A DNA stretch of 63,950 nucleotides, filler included, from Octopus bimaculoides (lineage: Eukaryota), in assembly GCF_001194135.2 (NCBI RefSeq). It is 6 parts of 6 records of this genome, joined end to end, with 100 filler letters (N's around TTAATTAATTAA, not from the genome) between each part and the next. Parts side by side here need not be neighbours in the genome. Positions count along the whole stretch, not along the records: positions 18,493 to 35,836 come from NC_068986.1; positions 35,937 to 44,470 come from NC_068991.1; 4 more parts are not named here. The stretch is one strand, 5' to 3'. The position numbers and the translations under genes are program-made. Numbering within the stretch: the stretch's first letter is position 1; each line of letters begins with the position of its first letter. The notes under the pieces were generated by a model. That model made no database searches. It saw only the letters and a program-made list of their open reading frames with translations, and was not told the origin of the DNA. Of the stretch, positions 23,241 through 36,378 are shown in pieces.

Positions 23241-23799
23241 AATGCTGAGCGCGGTATTTCNNNNNNNNNNNNNNNNNNNNNNNNNNNNNNNNNNNNNNNN
23301 NNNNNNNNNNNNNNNNNNNNNNNNNNNNNNNNNNNNNNNNNNNNNNNNNNNNNNNNNNNNNNNNNNNNNNNNNNNNNNNNNNNNNNNNNNNNNNNNNNNN
23401 NNNNNNNNNNNNNNNNNNNNNNNNNNNNNNNNNNNNNNNNNNNNNNNNNNNNNNNNNNNNNNNNNNNNNNNNNNNNNNNNNNNNNNNNNNNNNNNNNNNN
23501 NNNNNNNNNNNNNNNNNNNNNNNNNNNNNNNNNNNNNNNNNNNNNNNNNNNNNNNNNNNNNNNNNNNNNNNNNNNNNNNNNNNNNNNNNNNNNNNNNNNN
23601 NNNNNNNNNNNNNNNNNNNNNNNNNNNNNNNNNNNNNNNNNNNNNNNNNNNNNNNNNNNNNNCAAAAATTGAAGCCATTATTATTTTCGCCTCTCTGGCA
23701 AATAGATGAAATCATCATCATCGCCACCACCACCACCACCACCACCATCATCATCATCATTATCAACATCATCATTTTTATTATTATTATTATTATTCA

Positions 23800-24010
23800 G
23801 GTGGCGAGCTGACAGAATCGTTAGCACGCCAGACGAAAGGCTTAGCGGCATTTCTTCCAGCTTTAAGTCCTAAGTTCAAAGTCTGCCGAGGGTGACTTTG
23901 CCTTTCATCCTTCGTAATTGATAAAGTGAGTGAGAGTTGAGCAATTGAATCGATGTAATGAAGTAGCCTCTTCCCCAACATTTCAAGCTTTGTGCTTATA
24001 ATCGAAAGGA
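23800..24010 (+). mobile_element. SINE-like family C copy after (ATT/ATC)n
   Basis: GGCGAGCTG.CAGAATCGTTAGCACGCC...GAGTTCAAA...GACTTTGCCTTTCATCC. Confidence 0.85.
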
Positions 24011-25611
24011 TTATTATCATTATTACTGCTTTCTTATATTTTTTTCTTTTGAAATTTTGCACCCAGGACAACTACCCTTGTAACCCTACAAATAGCACCC
24101 CACTTGTTACACTAAAAAGACGAGATAGTCACGACTTGAATGCCTTTGATTAATTAGGTTGTTTGTTCAGGATTGAGCTGGGGTTCGAAACTCAACTGAA
24201 ATCTTTGTCAACATTGAAAAACCGGCGGAAGGATAAATCTCTCTTTATGAAAATATTTTAATTTGATATATGATCATGCTACCCTCTAAATCTGCAACAT
24301 CTTTCCGATATAGCTTTTAACGACGAAACTGAATCGTCCGACCGACGCTCTACATGTTATCATCATGTCTTCATTTCTAGCATATCATACCCTAAATTGA
24401 ATTATCTAGTATATTCAACCATTTTAAGACAGTAGAGTGAAGTCTGGCGGTAATTTCTAGTTGAGGGACCGAGTAGACACTTCTTCATTGTATATAAGTG
24501 ACTGACAACAAAAGTTTAATCGAACACGCTACTAAAAGTTTAATCGGATCCACCAATAACTAAATTTTACTTTAGTTATTCGTAGAGAATTTCAACCGAA
24601 AGATAAATAGCTGTTCTTCTATACTTACCAGTATATAAAATAAATATGTCTATAGTAGATGTTATTGTTGTTGTTGCTCTCTTCTGTCGCGTTATACAGT
24701 AGACAGGTGTCAGGTGGAAAATGTGCTGCTGATACAGATAACTTGGAGTGGCTTCATGGTGTTCATTCACACACAAAAGAGGGCTTAAATCCAGCGCTGG
24801 ATACTAACGAAACAACCGCTACCACTGCTGTTGTTGTTGTTAAGCTACAGGCAAGCTAGTCGAATATAATTTAATACCAAAAGGCATTCCAACTGTAAAC
24901 ATCCCATTTTAAAGTTTATTTTTCAGGAACTAGGAATTTAGAACTTTATTATCCAGTCTGTCTCTTTCTGATTAGTAGAGCGTTATTTCAGGAAAATTTT
25001 GACGTTATTTGTAACAAATCGAACAATCATTTACAGTTACACTCGTTAGTTAGTTCGTTAATACTATCTCAAATATAAGATCTATTTCTCGCTTGGAGTA
25101 TCGGGGGCAGGGAATTTAAACATCTTGGATATAATCGTAGTAGAGCACCGGTGATTAGTTACGAAAATCCGTTCTTGTGGGCAATAGCTAATTTCATTCG
25201 AGACACGGACAGTAGTGACCTTTCATATTAAATGCAATCATGAAAACAGGAAAACAAGGAGGTTTGAGCAGAGATGAGGTGGAGCGGATAATTACAGAAG
25301 AGCGATAGCAACTGAAACAAAGCTAGGTGGACATCACAGAAGGATACTGCGCTAAAATTTGGTATATGTTTAAATGCGTCACAATTCTGAAATTCTAAAG
25401 ATATTTGATGTTCGTTACATCAAATCTATAAACACAAAAATTAACTATGATTTTTCAAGCAGATGGCATCTCTAAAATTTTATCTCGGTGACTGAAAAGT
25501 ATCTTCTAGTTTGTCAATGATTTTCTCATCACAACTTCAGCAAGGAGAATGAAGTTTAGGTTTCACTGAGGTCGTCTATGACCGAAATATATTGGACATG
25601 CCTCCCATACT

Positions 25612-25825
25612 CTTTACTCTTTTACTCGTTTCAGTCATTTGACTGCGGCCATGCTGGAGCACCGCCTTTAGTCGAGAAAATCGACCCCAGTACTTATTCT
25701 TTGTAAGCCTAGTACTTATTCCATCGGTCTCTTTTTGCCAAACCGTTAAGTTACGGGGACATAAACACACCAGCATCGGTTGTCAAGCGATGGTGAGGGG
25801 ACAAACACAGACACACAAACGCACG
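25612..25825 (-). mobile_element. SINE family B 3' half with (TAAAAGAG) tail; remainder in gap
   Basis: Homologous to 54410-54620 and to the reverse complement of 10915-10980. Confidence 0.85.
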
Positions 25826-26632
25826 NNNNNNNNNNNNNNNNNNNNNNNNNNNNNNNNNNNNNNNNNNNNNNNNNNNNNNNNNNNNNNNNNNNNNNNNNNN
25901 NNNNNNNNNNNNNNNNNNNNNNNNNNNNNNNNNNNNNNNNNNNNNNNNNNNNNNNNNNNNNNNNNNNNNNNNNNNNNNNNNNNNNNNNNNNNNNNNNNNN
26001 NNNNNNNNNNNNNNNNNNNNNNNNNNNNNNNNNNNNNNNNNNNNNNNNNNNNNNNNNNNNNNNNNNNNNNNNNNNNNNNNNNNNNNNNNNNNNNNNNNNN
26101 NNNNNNNNNNNNNNNNNNNNNNNNNNNNNNNNNNNNNNNNNNNNNNNNNNNNNNNNNNNNNNNNNNNNNNNNNNNNNNNNNNNNNNNNNNNNNNNNNNNN
26201 NNNNNNNNNNNNNNNNNNNNNNNNNNNNNNNNNNNNNNNNNNNNNNNNNNNNNNNNNNNNNNNNNNNNNNNNNNNNNNNNNNNNNNNNNNNNNNNNNNNN
26301 NNNNNNNNNNNNNNNNNNNNNNNNNNNNNNNNNNNNNNNNNNNNNNNNNNNNNNNNNNNNNNNNNNNNNNNNNNNNNAAAAAAAAAAAAATTCAAATAAT
26401 TTATTGTTTCCGCAAAACGTTCTTATGGAAGAGGGAAGATCAGAAAGTTTAAGTTGGTTAACTTGCAGTTTAGTGTCATAAAAGGTGAAAGTAACTTGAC
26501 AAAACAAATGAAAGTAAATTGATTGCAAGTGACGCTAGTGACATTCTTATAACTTCATGTAAACAAAGTATGTTACGTAACCAATGTATATGGAGCATAC
26601 ATATATTATATATAACTTGAAAACCGTATATA

Positions 26633-26848
26633 CGAGGGGTGAGGAAAAGTTCCTGGCTTTGGATAAAAGAAAGTACAGGAGGATTAGTTAATTATGATTT
26701 TATGCAACATATTCCCCTCTCAGATTCACACACTAATTGCAGCGGTCCTTCAGTTTATCTAAGCCTTGTAAATGAACTCGGAATGTTGTGCTTCCAGCCA
26801 GGCCTTTCGCGGTACCCTTAAAGCCAGGAACTTTTCAGCACCCATTCA
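26633..26848. mobile_element. 216-bp mariner-type MITE
   Basis: TA|CGAGGGGTGAGGAAAAGTTCCTGGCTTT ... AAAGCCAGGAACTTTTCAGCACCCATTCA|TA: imperfect inverted termini with TA flanks. TIR resembles that of the mariner at 30586. Confidence 0.8.
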
Positions 26849-26899
26849 TATATTTATATAAGATGAAAGCAAACACGTGTATATGGGAAAACATAACAG

Positions 26900-27864
26900 C
26901 CATTTATGCACGAAATGAGATTCACGAGAATAGCTTTTCACGTTCTCTAGATTTGTTTAGCCATACATGTTTTTAAAGATATGATGTTAATTTAACATTG
27001 TCTCCTGATTTTCTGAGCAAGTCATCCATCGCCCTTCTATCGTCTGTACATGGATGCTAACATCGTTTGGATCAATGAAATTGACAACTCCATGAGTATA
27101 GAAATTGTTGAGATCCATTTAGGAAATTTACTCACCGGATATTGAATGTGTTCCTATTGGTATCTAATGTCTTATAATGGGCCAAAGTGTTTTGTGCGTG
27201 CAATTGGGCACCTCAGTCAAGCAGCATTTCCTTGTGCCTCTTTCTATTACCCAGTGACTTCCATGCCACTCTCCTAAATGATATTTTCGGTGCAAAAAGG
27301 TTTAAATTCGTTTGTTTCCACGATAATGGGACATCCTGTATCATCCAATTCACCGAGCTGTTAATGGGTTTCCAAGTGCAGTGCAAAACATCTCTCTGGA
27401 AATTGTACCAATCCCGTTACAAACCATTGTGTTATTACGCACTTGCAGTTTTAAAAAGTCATTTCCGTCCTGTGATTAGTCTCTTACACATGTATATCAA
27501 TTGAACTATTGTTGATAGAGTCAAATGGCTCTTTCCCCTCCTCACCCCCCAAATGCTCGTAAACTTTACGTGAACTGACAGGAACAATACTATTAGTCTC
27601 GTCGTTTCTTTCTCGACATCTCAGTAATCATGTAGGATTATATACTCACATGTAGCTGTGTTGGCTATACCGAATTGCCTTCTCAGTGGTCTCTTTGTTG
27701 GTTACAGTACTTTGGAGCGAACACCTCACTAGAATGTACTATGCATGGAGATAACTGTGGACGTAACATAATGAAGAGATTATTTGCGTTCTCTATGAAA
27801 TTATGGGATATCACTATCGTCACTTTCGGTTTCTAGCGCAATTTACTTCCAATTCTTAGGATCC
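26900..27864 (-). mobile_element. Merlin (IS1595/ISXO2-like DDE) transposase fossil
   Basis: Minus-strand motifs in the expected order: SHLTLSTIVQLIY, DWYNFQRDV (~27399-27413), IIVETNEFK (~27304-27327), KYHLG...HWVIERGTRKCCLTEVPNCTHKTLWPIIRH, VNFIDPNDVSIHVQTIEGRW (~27026-27085), SYL*KHVW. GGATCC at 27859-27864 is a possible 5' terminus. Confidence 0.8.
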
Positions 27865-28873
27865 TAAACTATTATAATACAGACTTCTCATGAAAAGACG
27901 GTCAGCTAATTCTGTCGTCGAAGCAAGCAATTGAACCCCCCCCCACACACACACACACACACACATTCATCCATTCATTCACGTATTCACATGTAACAAT
28001 TTCCAGTTTACTAAGGTAACTATGATAAACTTTTATTATCTTGGAGTTTATTGCATGAACAGGAGCCGGAACCATATTTAGAATATCTGTTACAATTATT
28101 TCAGAAAGTATTTTTTATAAGATATGAATCAACCAAGATACCTGTCAACAGTAATGAATACTCTTTAAAATTTCTTAAAACAACATTTAGTTACTCAGAC
28201 ACGAAAGTATAACTAGCTGGCTTCGACCTTAGATTTTGACTAGTGTCTATATATTTTATCGACTAATTGAGGAAGAGTGAATGAGTGGTAAAATTGTTCC
28301 TGATACCCATTAAAATGTTGTTATTGTTGTTGCTGTCATTGTCTTTCACCTTTACTGCGTCGATAAAATAAAGTATGAGTAAAGTACAACGGAACGAAAA
28401 ATGGCTTTGTACCTTTCTTATAAATCATTGTTATATTTCCTTTTTACGTTCTGAGTTTAAATCACATGAAGCTCCACTTTTGTTTTTCATCTCCCCGTGT
28501 CCATAAAGTAAAAAAGAATCAGCTAGGTACTGCAATTTGAACAAGAAGATAAAGGGAAAGCAGTAAAAGTAGATTGGGGAGATGGTTCACTAACGAGTAA
28601 CGCACTTTGTAAGACTGGATCTTTCATGAATTTCCAAGGAAAACGGAGAAGACGTCAACAAAAAAATTACTTGAGTTAAGGTCCAACTAGCGAATGCCAA
28701 GGAGGAGGGGGTACTCTTGGAATGAACTAGAGAGCGTGGTTTAGGAAAGGGAATGACGGAAATTCACTGTGTCAACGGGGTCATTGATTAATGAAGATGT
28801 ATGGAAATGATCAAATCCATTACAATGGCCTTCAATATGTATAAGCTTCTGTCTGTTTTAAAATCAATACATA

Positions 28874-29482
28874 GCGCAGGCGTGGCTGTGTAGTAAAAAG
28901 TTTGTGTCCCAACCATATGGTTCCGGGTTCAGTCCCACTGCGTGGCATCTTGGGCAAGTGTCTTCTACTGTAGCAGTGATCCGACCAAATGCTTGTGAAT
29001 GAATTTGGTAGACAAAAACTGAAACCTGTTGCATACATATTTAAACACACACACACATACATGCATACATACATACATGCATACATACATACATACATAC
29101 ATACATACATACATACGTACACACATACATACACACACACACATACATACATACACACACATACACGCACACACATACACGCACACACATACACGCACAC
29201 ACATACACGCACACATATATGTTCATGCTTGGTTGTAGGTATGTTTGTATGTGTGTACATACCTATGTGTATGTCCTTGAATTTGTGTTAAACCCCCTCC
29301 CAACCTTAGCAACCAGTATTGGTTTGTCTATGCCCTGGCAGCTTACCGGTTCGGCAAAAAGAAACCGACAGGAATAAGTACCAGTACTGGGGTCAAATCG
29401 TTTGTCTAAGCCCTTCAAGGTGGTGCCTTAGCATGGCTGCAGTCCAACAGTCCAATGACTGAATCAGGTAAAAGATGAAAGA
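28874..29482 (+). mobile_element. SINE family B, full length with expanded internal (CATA)/(CA)n array
   Basis: Head 28874-29030, microsatellite about 29030-29275, 3' half 29280-29482. Confidence 0.88.
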
Positions 29483-29511
29483 TATCAATATATTTCGGTA
29501 AAAAAAAAAAT

Positions 29512-29900
29512 GGCGGCGAGCTGCTCCGAGTTCAAATTCGGCCGAGGTTAACTTTGCCTTTCATCCTCTCGGAATCGATTAAATAAGTACCAGTTGAGCA
29601 CTGGGGTCAATTACATCGACTTACCCCTACCCCAAAATTGCTGGCCTTGTGCCAAAATTTGAAACCAATATTTTTCGGTAAAGAAAGGCGATAAGCTGGC
29701 AGAATCGTTAGCACGCCGGGCAAAGTGCTTAGCAGCATTTCCCTCTTTACGTTCGGTGTTCACATTCCGCCGAGGTTGACTTTGTCTTTCATCCTTTCAG
29801 AGTCGATAAAATAAGTACCAGTTCAGCATTGGGGGTCGATGTAATCAAATTGTCCCTCTCACGAAATTGCTGGTTTTGTACCAAAATTTGAAACCAATAC
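29512..29900 (+). mobile_element. Head-to-tail pair of family C copies
   Basis: Two successive copies, each ending GTGCCAAAATTTGAAACCAATA or GTACCAAAATTTGAAACCAATA. Confidence 0.85.
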
Positions 29901-30585
29901 ATTTCGGTGAATGTTTGTAAAAAAGAAAATATATTCATTAAAAAAAAAATACGATACTTACAAAAATAAATGAAACATGAACATTAACAAAAGAAAAATT
30001 GATATTCCATTCTCTTTTTATCTTCAATAAACAAGTTTATTTTTATTTTTTCAGTTCTTTTTCATTTTTTGACGCCTCAGTACACACTTCTACGTAACAA
30101 CAAACAATGAATCTTGTACAAACTGTAAATAAAAACTGATAAAAAATATACAAAACAATATACATTATTTTTTTCATAACCTGATTCCTCACCTAGAATG
30201 TAAGATATTTATGTAAAAGGTGCGGTTGTCATTAGCTTAAGATAAACAATCTTTTTGTTAGCTCTTGACAGTGAATAATAATCAAAATAGGGTCATTAAT
30301 AAAGTTTCACGTTTCTTGTTATCTGAAAACTATTTAAAACAATGACGATGATGAATATTTGAAATTTTTCATGGTAGAAAACTGCGATCTATTAAAATAC
30401 CGGCCGTCAAATAATACTATCTCACAGGTACGATTAGTTTTCAAGATATTTAGGAATTGTCATGTTTATCAAGTTTTAATTTGATCAATTCTTTCTGCTA
30501 TAGTCACAAGGCCTGAAATCTTGCGGGAAGGAGCAAATCGATTACATCCATCGCAATGCTCAACTGGTACATCAAGTGGTACTTG

Positions 30586-31886
30586 CGAGGTGGTATCAAA
30601 AAGTTCAGGGACTAGTTTTGTAGTGCGCCAACAGATGGCAGCATATAGTTGTGTGCGCTCTGAGAGCTAGCAGTGACCTTCATGAGACAGTGTACCGAGG
30701 GACATCACTGTGTTCACTTCGCAAGTTGTGAAATTTGTGATTTTGTGATCATGTGTATGCTGTTGTCTGCGATTTTGTCATAGACAAGAAATTGGAACAA
30801 AGAGCCAACGTAAATTTTGCTTTAAACTTGGGAAGTCTGCAACAGAGATATTGAGCATACTTCAGCGACGGGGCAATGGGTCGTACGCCATGTTTCGAGT
30901 GGTAAGGGCGCTTCAAAAGTGAAATAATGTCTCTGGACGACGATGAGCGATCAGGAAGACCTGCCACGAGCGTCACCCCTGGAAATGTAGAGAAAATTCA
31001 TCAGCTTGTGCATGAGAATCGTCAGAGGACAATCAACGAAATTGTTGATGTTGTTGGTCTGTCGTATGGATCCGTGCAGACAATCCTGACATCTGAATTG
31101 AACATGCAGCATGTCTCTACTAAGTTTGTCTTCCGCCTGCTGACCACTGAGCAGAAAGAACATCGCATCGAAGTCAGAAAGACCATCGCAGAAAGAAGCA
31201 GGAAAAACATCGCATCCTTCATGTCGAGGATCATCACCGGTTACGAGAGTTGGGTCTTGGTGTGCAACCTTGAGACGAAGCAGCAGTCGTCACAATGGAA
31301 GACGCCTTCATCTCCTCCACGACGGAGCCGCAGCCTAATCAAGAGCATGCTCATCGTTTTTTATTTCGACATCTGCGGTATTGTGCATCAAGTATTCGTC
31401 CCCCGGAACCAGACCGTCAATTGAGAGTTCTACTGTAACATTTTGAAGCGTGTGAAGACATTCGGTGAAAGTGACCGGATCTGTGGAGCGCAATGTATTA
31501 GATTCTTCACGACGACAATGCACCCTGTCACCGATCTCTCCTCAGTCGTGAATTTCTCATGAAAAATAACATGGCATCACTTCCACATCCGCCCTGTTTA
31601 CCAGATTTAGCACCGGCAGACTTCCACCTCTTCCCCAAGATGAAAAGGCAGCTCAAAGGTCGCCGTTTTAACACCGTTGTCGAGATCCAGAGCGAATCGC
31701 TGAAGGTCCTCGACTCACTTACGGAAAACGACTTCCAGGACACGTATTCCAAAAGTTGCAAGAATGTAGGACTGGTGTATACTGTGCAAGGTGACTATTT
31801 CGAAGAAGATTATATTAAAACTTAGGTAAATTAGTTATTTTTTTCATTAAACATAACTAGTTTGGGAACTTTTTCATACCACTTCG
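30586..31886 (+). mobile_element. Full-length (1301 bp) but defective mariner (DD34D) element
   Basis: TIRs CGAGGTGGTATCAAAAAGTTC..ACTAGTT / AACTAGT..GAACTTTTTCATACCACTTCG with TG and TA flanks. Frameshifted transposase remnants DDERSGRP, ITGYESW (first catalytic D lost), HDDNAPCH, HPPCLPDLAPADFHLFPKMK. Confidence 0.93.
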
Positions 31887-32838
31887 TATTTTATCGACCG
31901 CGAAAGGATAACAGAAAAGGTTGGCCTCCCTGGAATTTGAACTCAACGTAAAANNNNNNNNNNNNNNNNNNNNNNNNNNNNNNNNNNNNNNNNNNNNNNN
32001 NNNNNNNNNNNNNNNNNNNNNNNNNNNNNNNNNNNNNNNNNNNNNNNNNNNNNNNNNNNNNNNNNNNNNNNNNNNNNNNNNNNNNNNNNNNNNNNNNNNN
32101 NNNNNNNNNNNNNNNNNNNNNNNNNNNNNNNNNNNNNNNNNNNNNNNNNNNNNNNNNNNNNNNNNNNNNNNNNNNNNNNNNNNNNNNNNNNNNNNNNNNN
32201 NNNNNNNNNNNNNNNNNNNNNNNNNNNNNNNNNNNNNNNNNNNNNNNNNNNNNNNNNNNNNNNNNNNNNNNNNNNNNNNNNNNNNNNNNNNNNNNNNNNN
32301 NNNNNNNNNNNNNNNNNNNNNNNNNNNNNNNNNNNNNNNNNNNNNNNNNNNNNNNNNNNNNNNNNNNNNNNNNNNNNNNNNNNNNNNNNNNNNNNNNNNN
32401 NNNNNNNNNNNNNNNNNNNNNNNNNNNNNNNNNNNNNNNNNNNNNNNNNNNNNNNNNNNNNNNNNNNNNNNNNNNNNNNNNNNNNNNNNNNNNNNNNNNN
32501 NNNNNNNNNNNNNNNNNNNNNNNNNNNNNNNNNNNNNNNNNNNNNNNNNNAACTATGAGGTTGGGAAGCAAGCATTTTTTGTTAAAAAAAAAACAAAAAA
32601 ACAATAATATGATTAAGAATTTTCAACCATGTGGCTCATGGATATAATCTTGGAAAGAAAGACGAGGTGGTCATTGCCTTGATCGAAGACCGATTAATTT
32701 AGAATTGATCTGGGCAGCTAAACGGCTACATCAGTAACCGCATAAAATGTACCCTGCAATTTGATGACTTCATCAGTTCCAGATTAGCCTTGATCGAGTT
32801 AACTTGTGAACAAAAGACTGAGTAGTAGAAAAGGCAGA

Positions 32839-32839
<1 letters not shown>

Positions 32840-32874
<35 letters not shown>

Positions 32875-32884
32875 NNNNNNNNNN

Positions 32885-32919
<35 letters not shown>

Positions 32920-33250
32920 AAGGGAAGGTGGGAGAGATAGTGAGTGGAAGTGTGTGTGTGTGAGGGAGCGATAGAGACACAGAGAGAGTGTGAGAAAAAG
33001 AGGGGTGAGAGAGTGTGTGAGAAAGAGAGGGGAGAGAAAGTGTGTGGGAGAGAGCGTGTGAGAAAGAGAAGTGTGAGAGAGTGTGGGAGAGAGTATGTGA
33101 GAAAGAGAGAAGAGAGAGAGTTTGTGAGAAAGAGATGAGAGAGAGAGAGAGAGAGAGGGATGACAGCACACCTGTGGCTCAGTAACTGGAGCACGTTTGC
33201 GAGTGACTATGCCAACCAGTCGAGTGACCCTTTTCTGGAAGCTGTCTACG

Positions 33251-33309
<59 letters not shown>

Positions 33310-33325
33310 GTGTGTGTGTGTGTAT
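32840..33325. repeat. Compound (GA)n/(GT)n simple repeat region
   Basis: Read directly. Confidence 0.9.
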
Positions 33326-35039
33326 GCTGCTGCAGCAGCAGCAGCAAATTCTTGGATCTGAGAGCAGTACTTCATTGTTGCACATAGTTGCAATACGAAA
33401 AAGAAATGAAATTTCTACTATACATTTTACAGCGATTCTTTTTAATTTATGCAATAGACTAATTTTTACAAGATAATCGAGTATTATTCGAATCGCTCCC
33501 AGAATATCATTGATTCGTCAGATTGGTACGAGACCACACATTTGTAAGCAAATGGTTTTTGCTGCGTGTACTGAAGCAATATGTAACTGGTGACCTATGT
33601 TATTAAATTCAGAGAATAAGAAAAAAATAATATAAGCCAAAGCTGGTCCCTTAGCAGGATTTGAAATCAGAACATACAGTGTTTCTTAAAACTACATATA
33701 TTTTGATGCTTGAATCCAGGTCAACCGTAACTAAAATCAATACAATCAAAGGTATTCCAGATATGACCTCCTGTTTTATTTTGTCAGGCATTTCTGGACT
33801 ACATTCTCCAATATGCTATTAAAAAAAAAAAAACGCACAAGATGTAATTTAAGGAAAATTTGGCTATTATCTCTTTCAGTTCGAGTGGCCACATTGAGGC
33901 TTCTCGATGGTTCCCAATACCACAAAATGTTACGGGTGGTATCAAATTCATGAAATTAATCTCCCAATATATCATTGTATTTAATTTTATTCCAACGGAA
34001 AAACAGTCAGAAGGTCTAAAAGTCATGACCTACATTTTTGTATATCTCCAAATAACAAGATTTATAACTAGATCACAGGATTTTCTAATGTTTCTTTACA
34101 ACTAGATAGGACGTAGTTTAAAACCGAATAGTGTAGTTTGAACTGGTATCGAAATATGTCATAAATCTGCAAAAGTGTCTGTGACGTAATTCAACTTGGA
34201 AATATCATTGATCTATGGCATTCTAGCTATAACCGTTTCACCCATCATTATATCTAAGATATCTAGGATTACTAATCTAATTTGTCCTTTAGTAAAAAGG
34301 TGGGGGCAGTAATTTCTAGGATATCTAGTGACCATGTACAAGTTTCTTTGTTGTTCTTAAATATCATTGCTACTGAAGGTCGTTTTAATTTCTGCTTTAA
34401 ACCATTTTACTTATTTGCTAAGGTTATTGTTGGGAAAGAGTATCTCATTCATACATGCTACTTTACACTTCACCGAAAATACAAATATGCGGGAAACCTA
34501 GTTTAGTGACTAATGTTTGTAGATACTCTTCGTAGGTGGAGAAAATATGGCATACCTACACAAGTGTACCCCATCTCTGACTTGGCTTCCTCATAACTTA
34601 CAGAAAAAATTGATATTTTTTAATGAAATTTTCTAAAAAAAATACCCTTCAGGTGGTGTAGATTCCAGTTATATCGAAATTGGTTGCGAAAAAATTTTTT
34701 TTTGAAGTGTGAGGTAGCGTTTCGGATAATTCCCTTATCTCAAATTTGTTTCCGCGTAATTTTCAGAAAAATGTGTATTTTTTAATAAAATTTTCTATAA
34801 ATACTTTTCAGACAATACAGTTACGATTATATTGGAATTTATATCTAAAAAAAAAAAAAACTCAAAAAACATGTATATTTATACATGGTGGGTGCGCACA
34901 TACACACGTAACTTTTTCAAAATATCAAATTTAGTTTTGTAGTTGTATATGTGTTCATCATTTTCTTTTTAACGTTAAATTCCGATAAAATCGCAATCTA
35001 CACCATCTATAAAGTATTTGTGACTGGAATGAATGTTCA

Positions 35040-35665
35040 GGTATTTAAGGTTTGTGATAAGGGGAGTATTGGGAGGTTTCTAAGTCTAAAGTTACGTCTA
35101 AAAAGTTAGGAATTTTCAAAAGTAATAGACAGGTTTAGGCTAGAAAAAAATGTGTGTAGATCTTTTCTAGCTCATTCTAAAAAGGATTTATCTACGTCAT
35201 CTCTGTGGAGGCCTCCCTTGAGGTTAGGGAAATATATCTGGGGCTGGTGGAGTATGTATAGTCCAACGAAGTCGGTGACCTGGGCGGAGTCGGTAATGTC
35301 AAATAAATTGCTATGGTTATTAGTATTGTTATGGTAATGGGCCCAGTACCAGAGTTTGTCCTCAAAAGAAATAAGGGCTTTACGAGCATTAAAGATTCTG
35401 TTAATTTCTAGTGGGGTAAAGTTAGTTAGATTCCTAGCTAGAAGGAAAGCTTGATTAAGAAGTTTGGGAGAAATAGAAAGAAATTATATCGAATTGTAGA
35501 AAAGAATAAGAATTTTGTTTACGAGATGGAACCATGTTATAACTTCACCTGTACAGGACCATAAGTTGACGTTTAATATCTCCTTGACGATTGGTATTAT
35601 TTTGTTCAAAATATTTTTGCTTATTCTTAGTTTTGTTATCTCGTATTGTCTAATATATAAATGCA
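35040..35665 (-). mobile_element. Penelope-like reverse transcriptase core fragment, degenerate
   Basis: Minus strand: LWSCTGEVITWF, FLQFDIISFY, NARKALISF, FDIT..DSAQVTDFVGLYIL, GLHRDD (YRDD-like), NFLDVTLDL..YSPYHKP. Confidence 0.85.
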
Positions 35666-35836
35666 TGCTAATACAAGACCCACATTAGATTCTTCACTCG
35701 AATCACTATCGAACCAAGAGTTTAACTACAGTTTGTCCATAGCATTTACTTAGCGTTACCTGACACTCTTTGGATCTTCTAGATACCAATACCTTTCATA
35801 TGTATATACATACATACATACATACATACATACATA

Positions 35837-35936
35837 NNNNNNNNNNNNNNNNNNNNNNNNNNNNNNNNNNNNNNNNNNNNTTAATTAATTAANNNNNNNN
35901 NNNNNNNNNNNNNNNNNNNNNNNNNNNNNNNNNNNN
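35837..35936. other. Artificial scaffold join
   Basis: TTAATTAATTAA at 35881-35892 flanked by 44 N on each side. Confidence 0.97.
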
Positions 35937-36338
35937 TATATATATATATATATATATATATATTGTATATATATACATCTACATGCATATATATACATCT
36001 ATATAAATATTTGTTTACATATATATATACACATGTATGTATGTATGTATGTATGTATGTATGTATATGCATATATGCATATATTTGCATCTACATATAT
36101 ATTTGTTTACATATATATATATATATACATATATATACATGTATATATATATATATACATACATATATTATGTAATTGTTAATCAATGTAAAATATTATC
36201 ATTCAATTATTGTTGTTAATATATAATCGTCATCATTATTACGTTATTATAATTTTTATCATTTTATTGTTATTAATGCTATTGTTTTATAATTTTTCAC
36301 CATTATTTTTGTATTATTGCTACTATTATTACTATTAC

Positions 36339-36378
<40 letters not shown>

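Noticed and set aside
24659-24859. ORF containing GKCAAD as the next EPG5 exon
   Set aside because: No polypyrimidine tract, the available AG gives the wrong frame, and downstream residues do not resemble EPG5.
26900-27620. Bacterial IS1595 contamination or recent horizontal transfer from bacteria
   Set aside because: The sequence is heavily decayed, embedded among host SINEs and MITEs, and the motifs fit eukaryotic Merlin elements.
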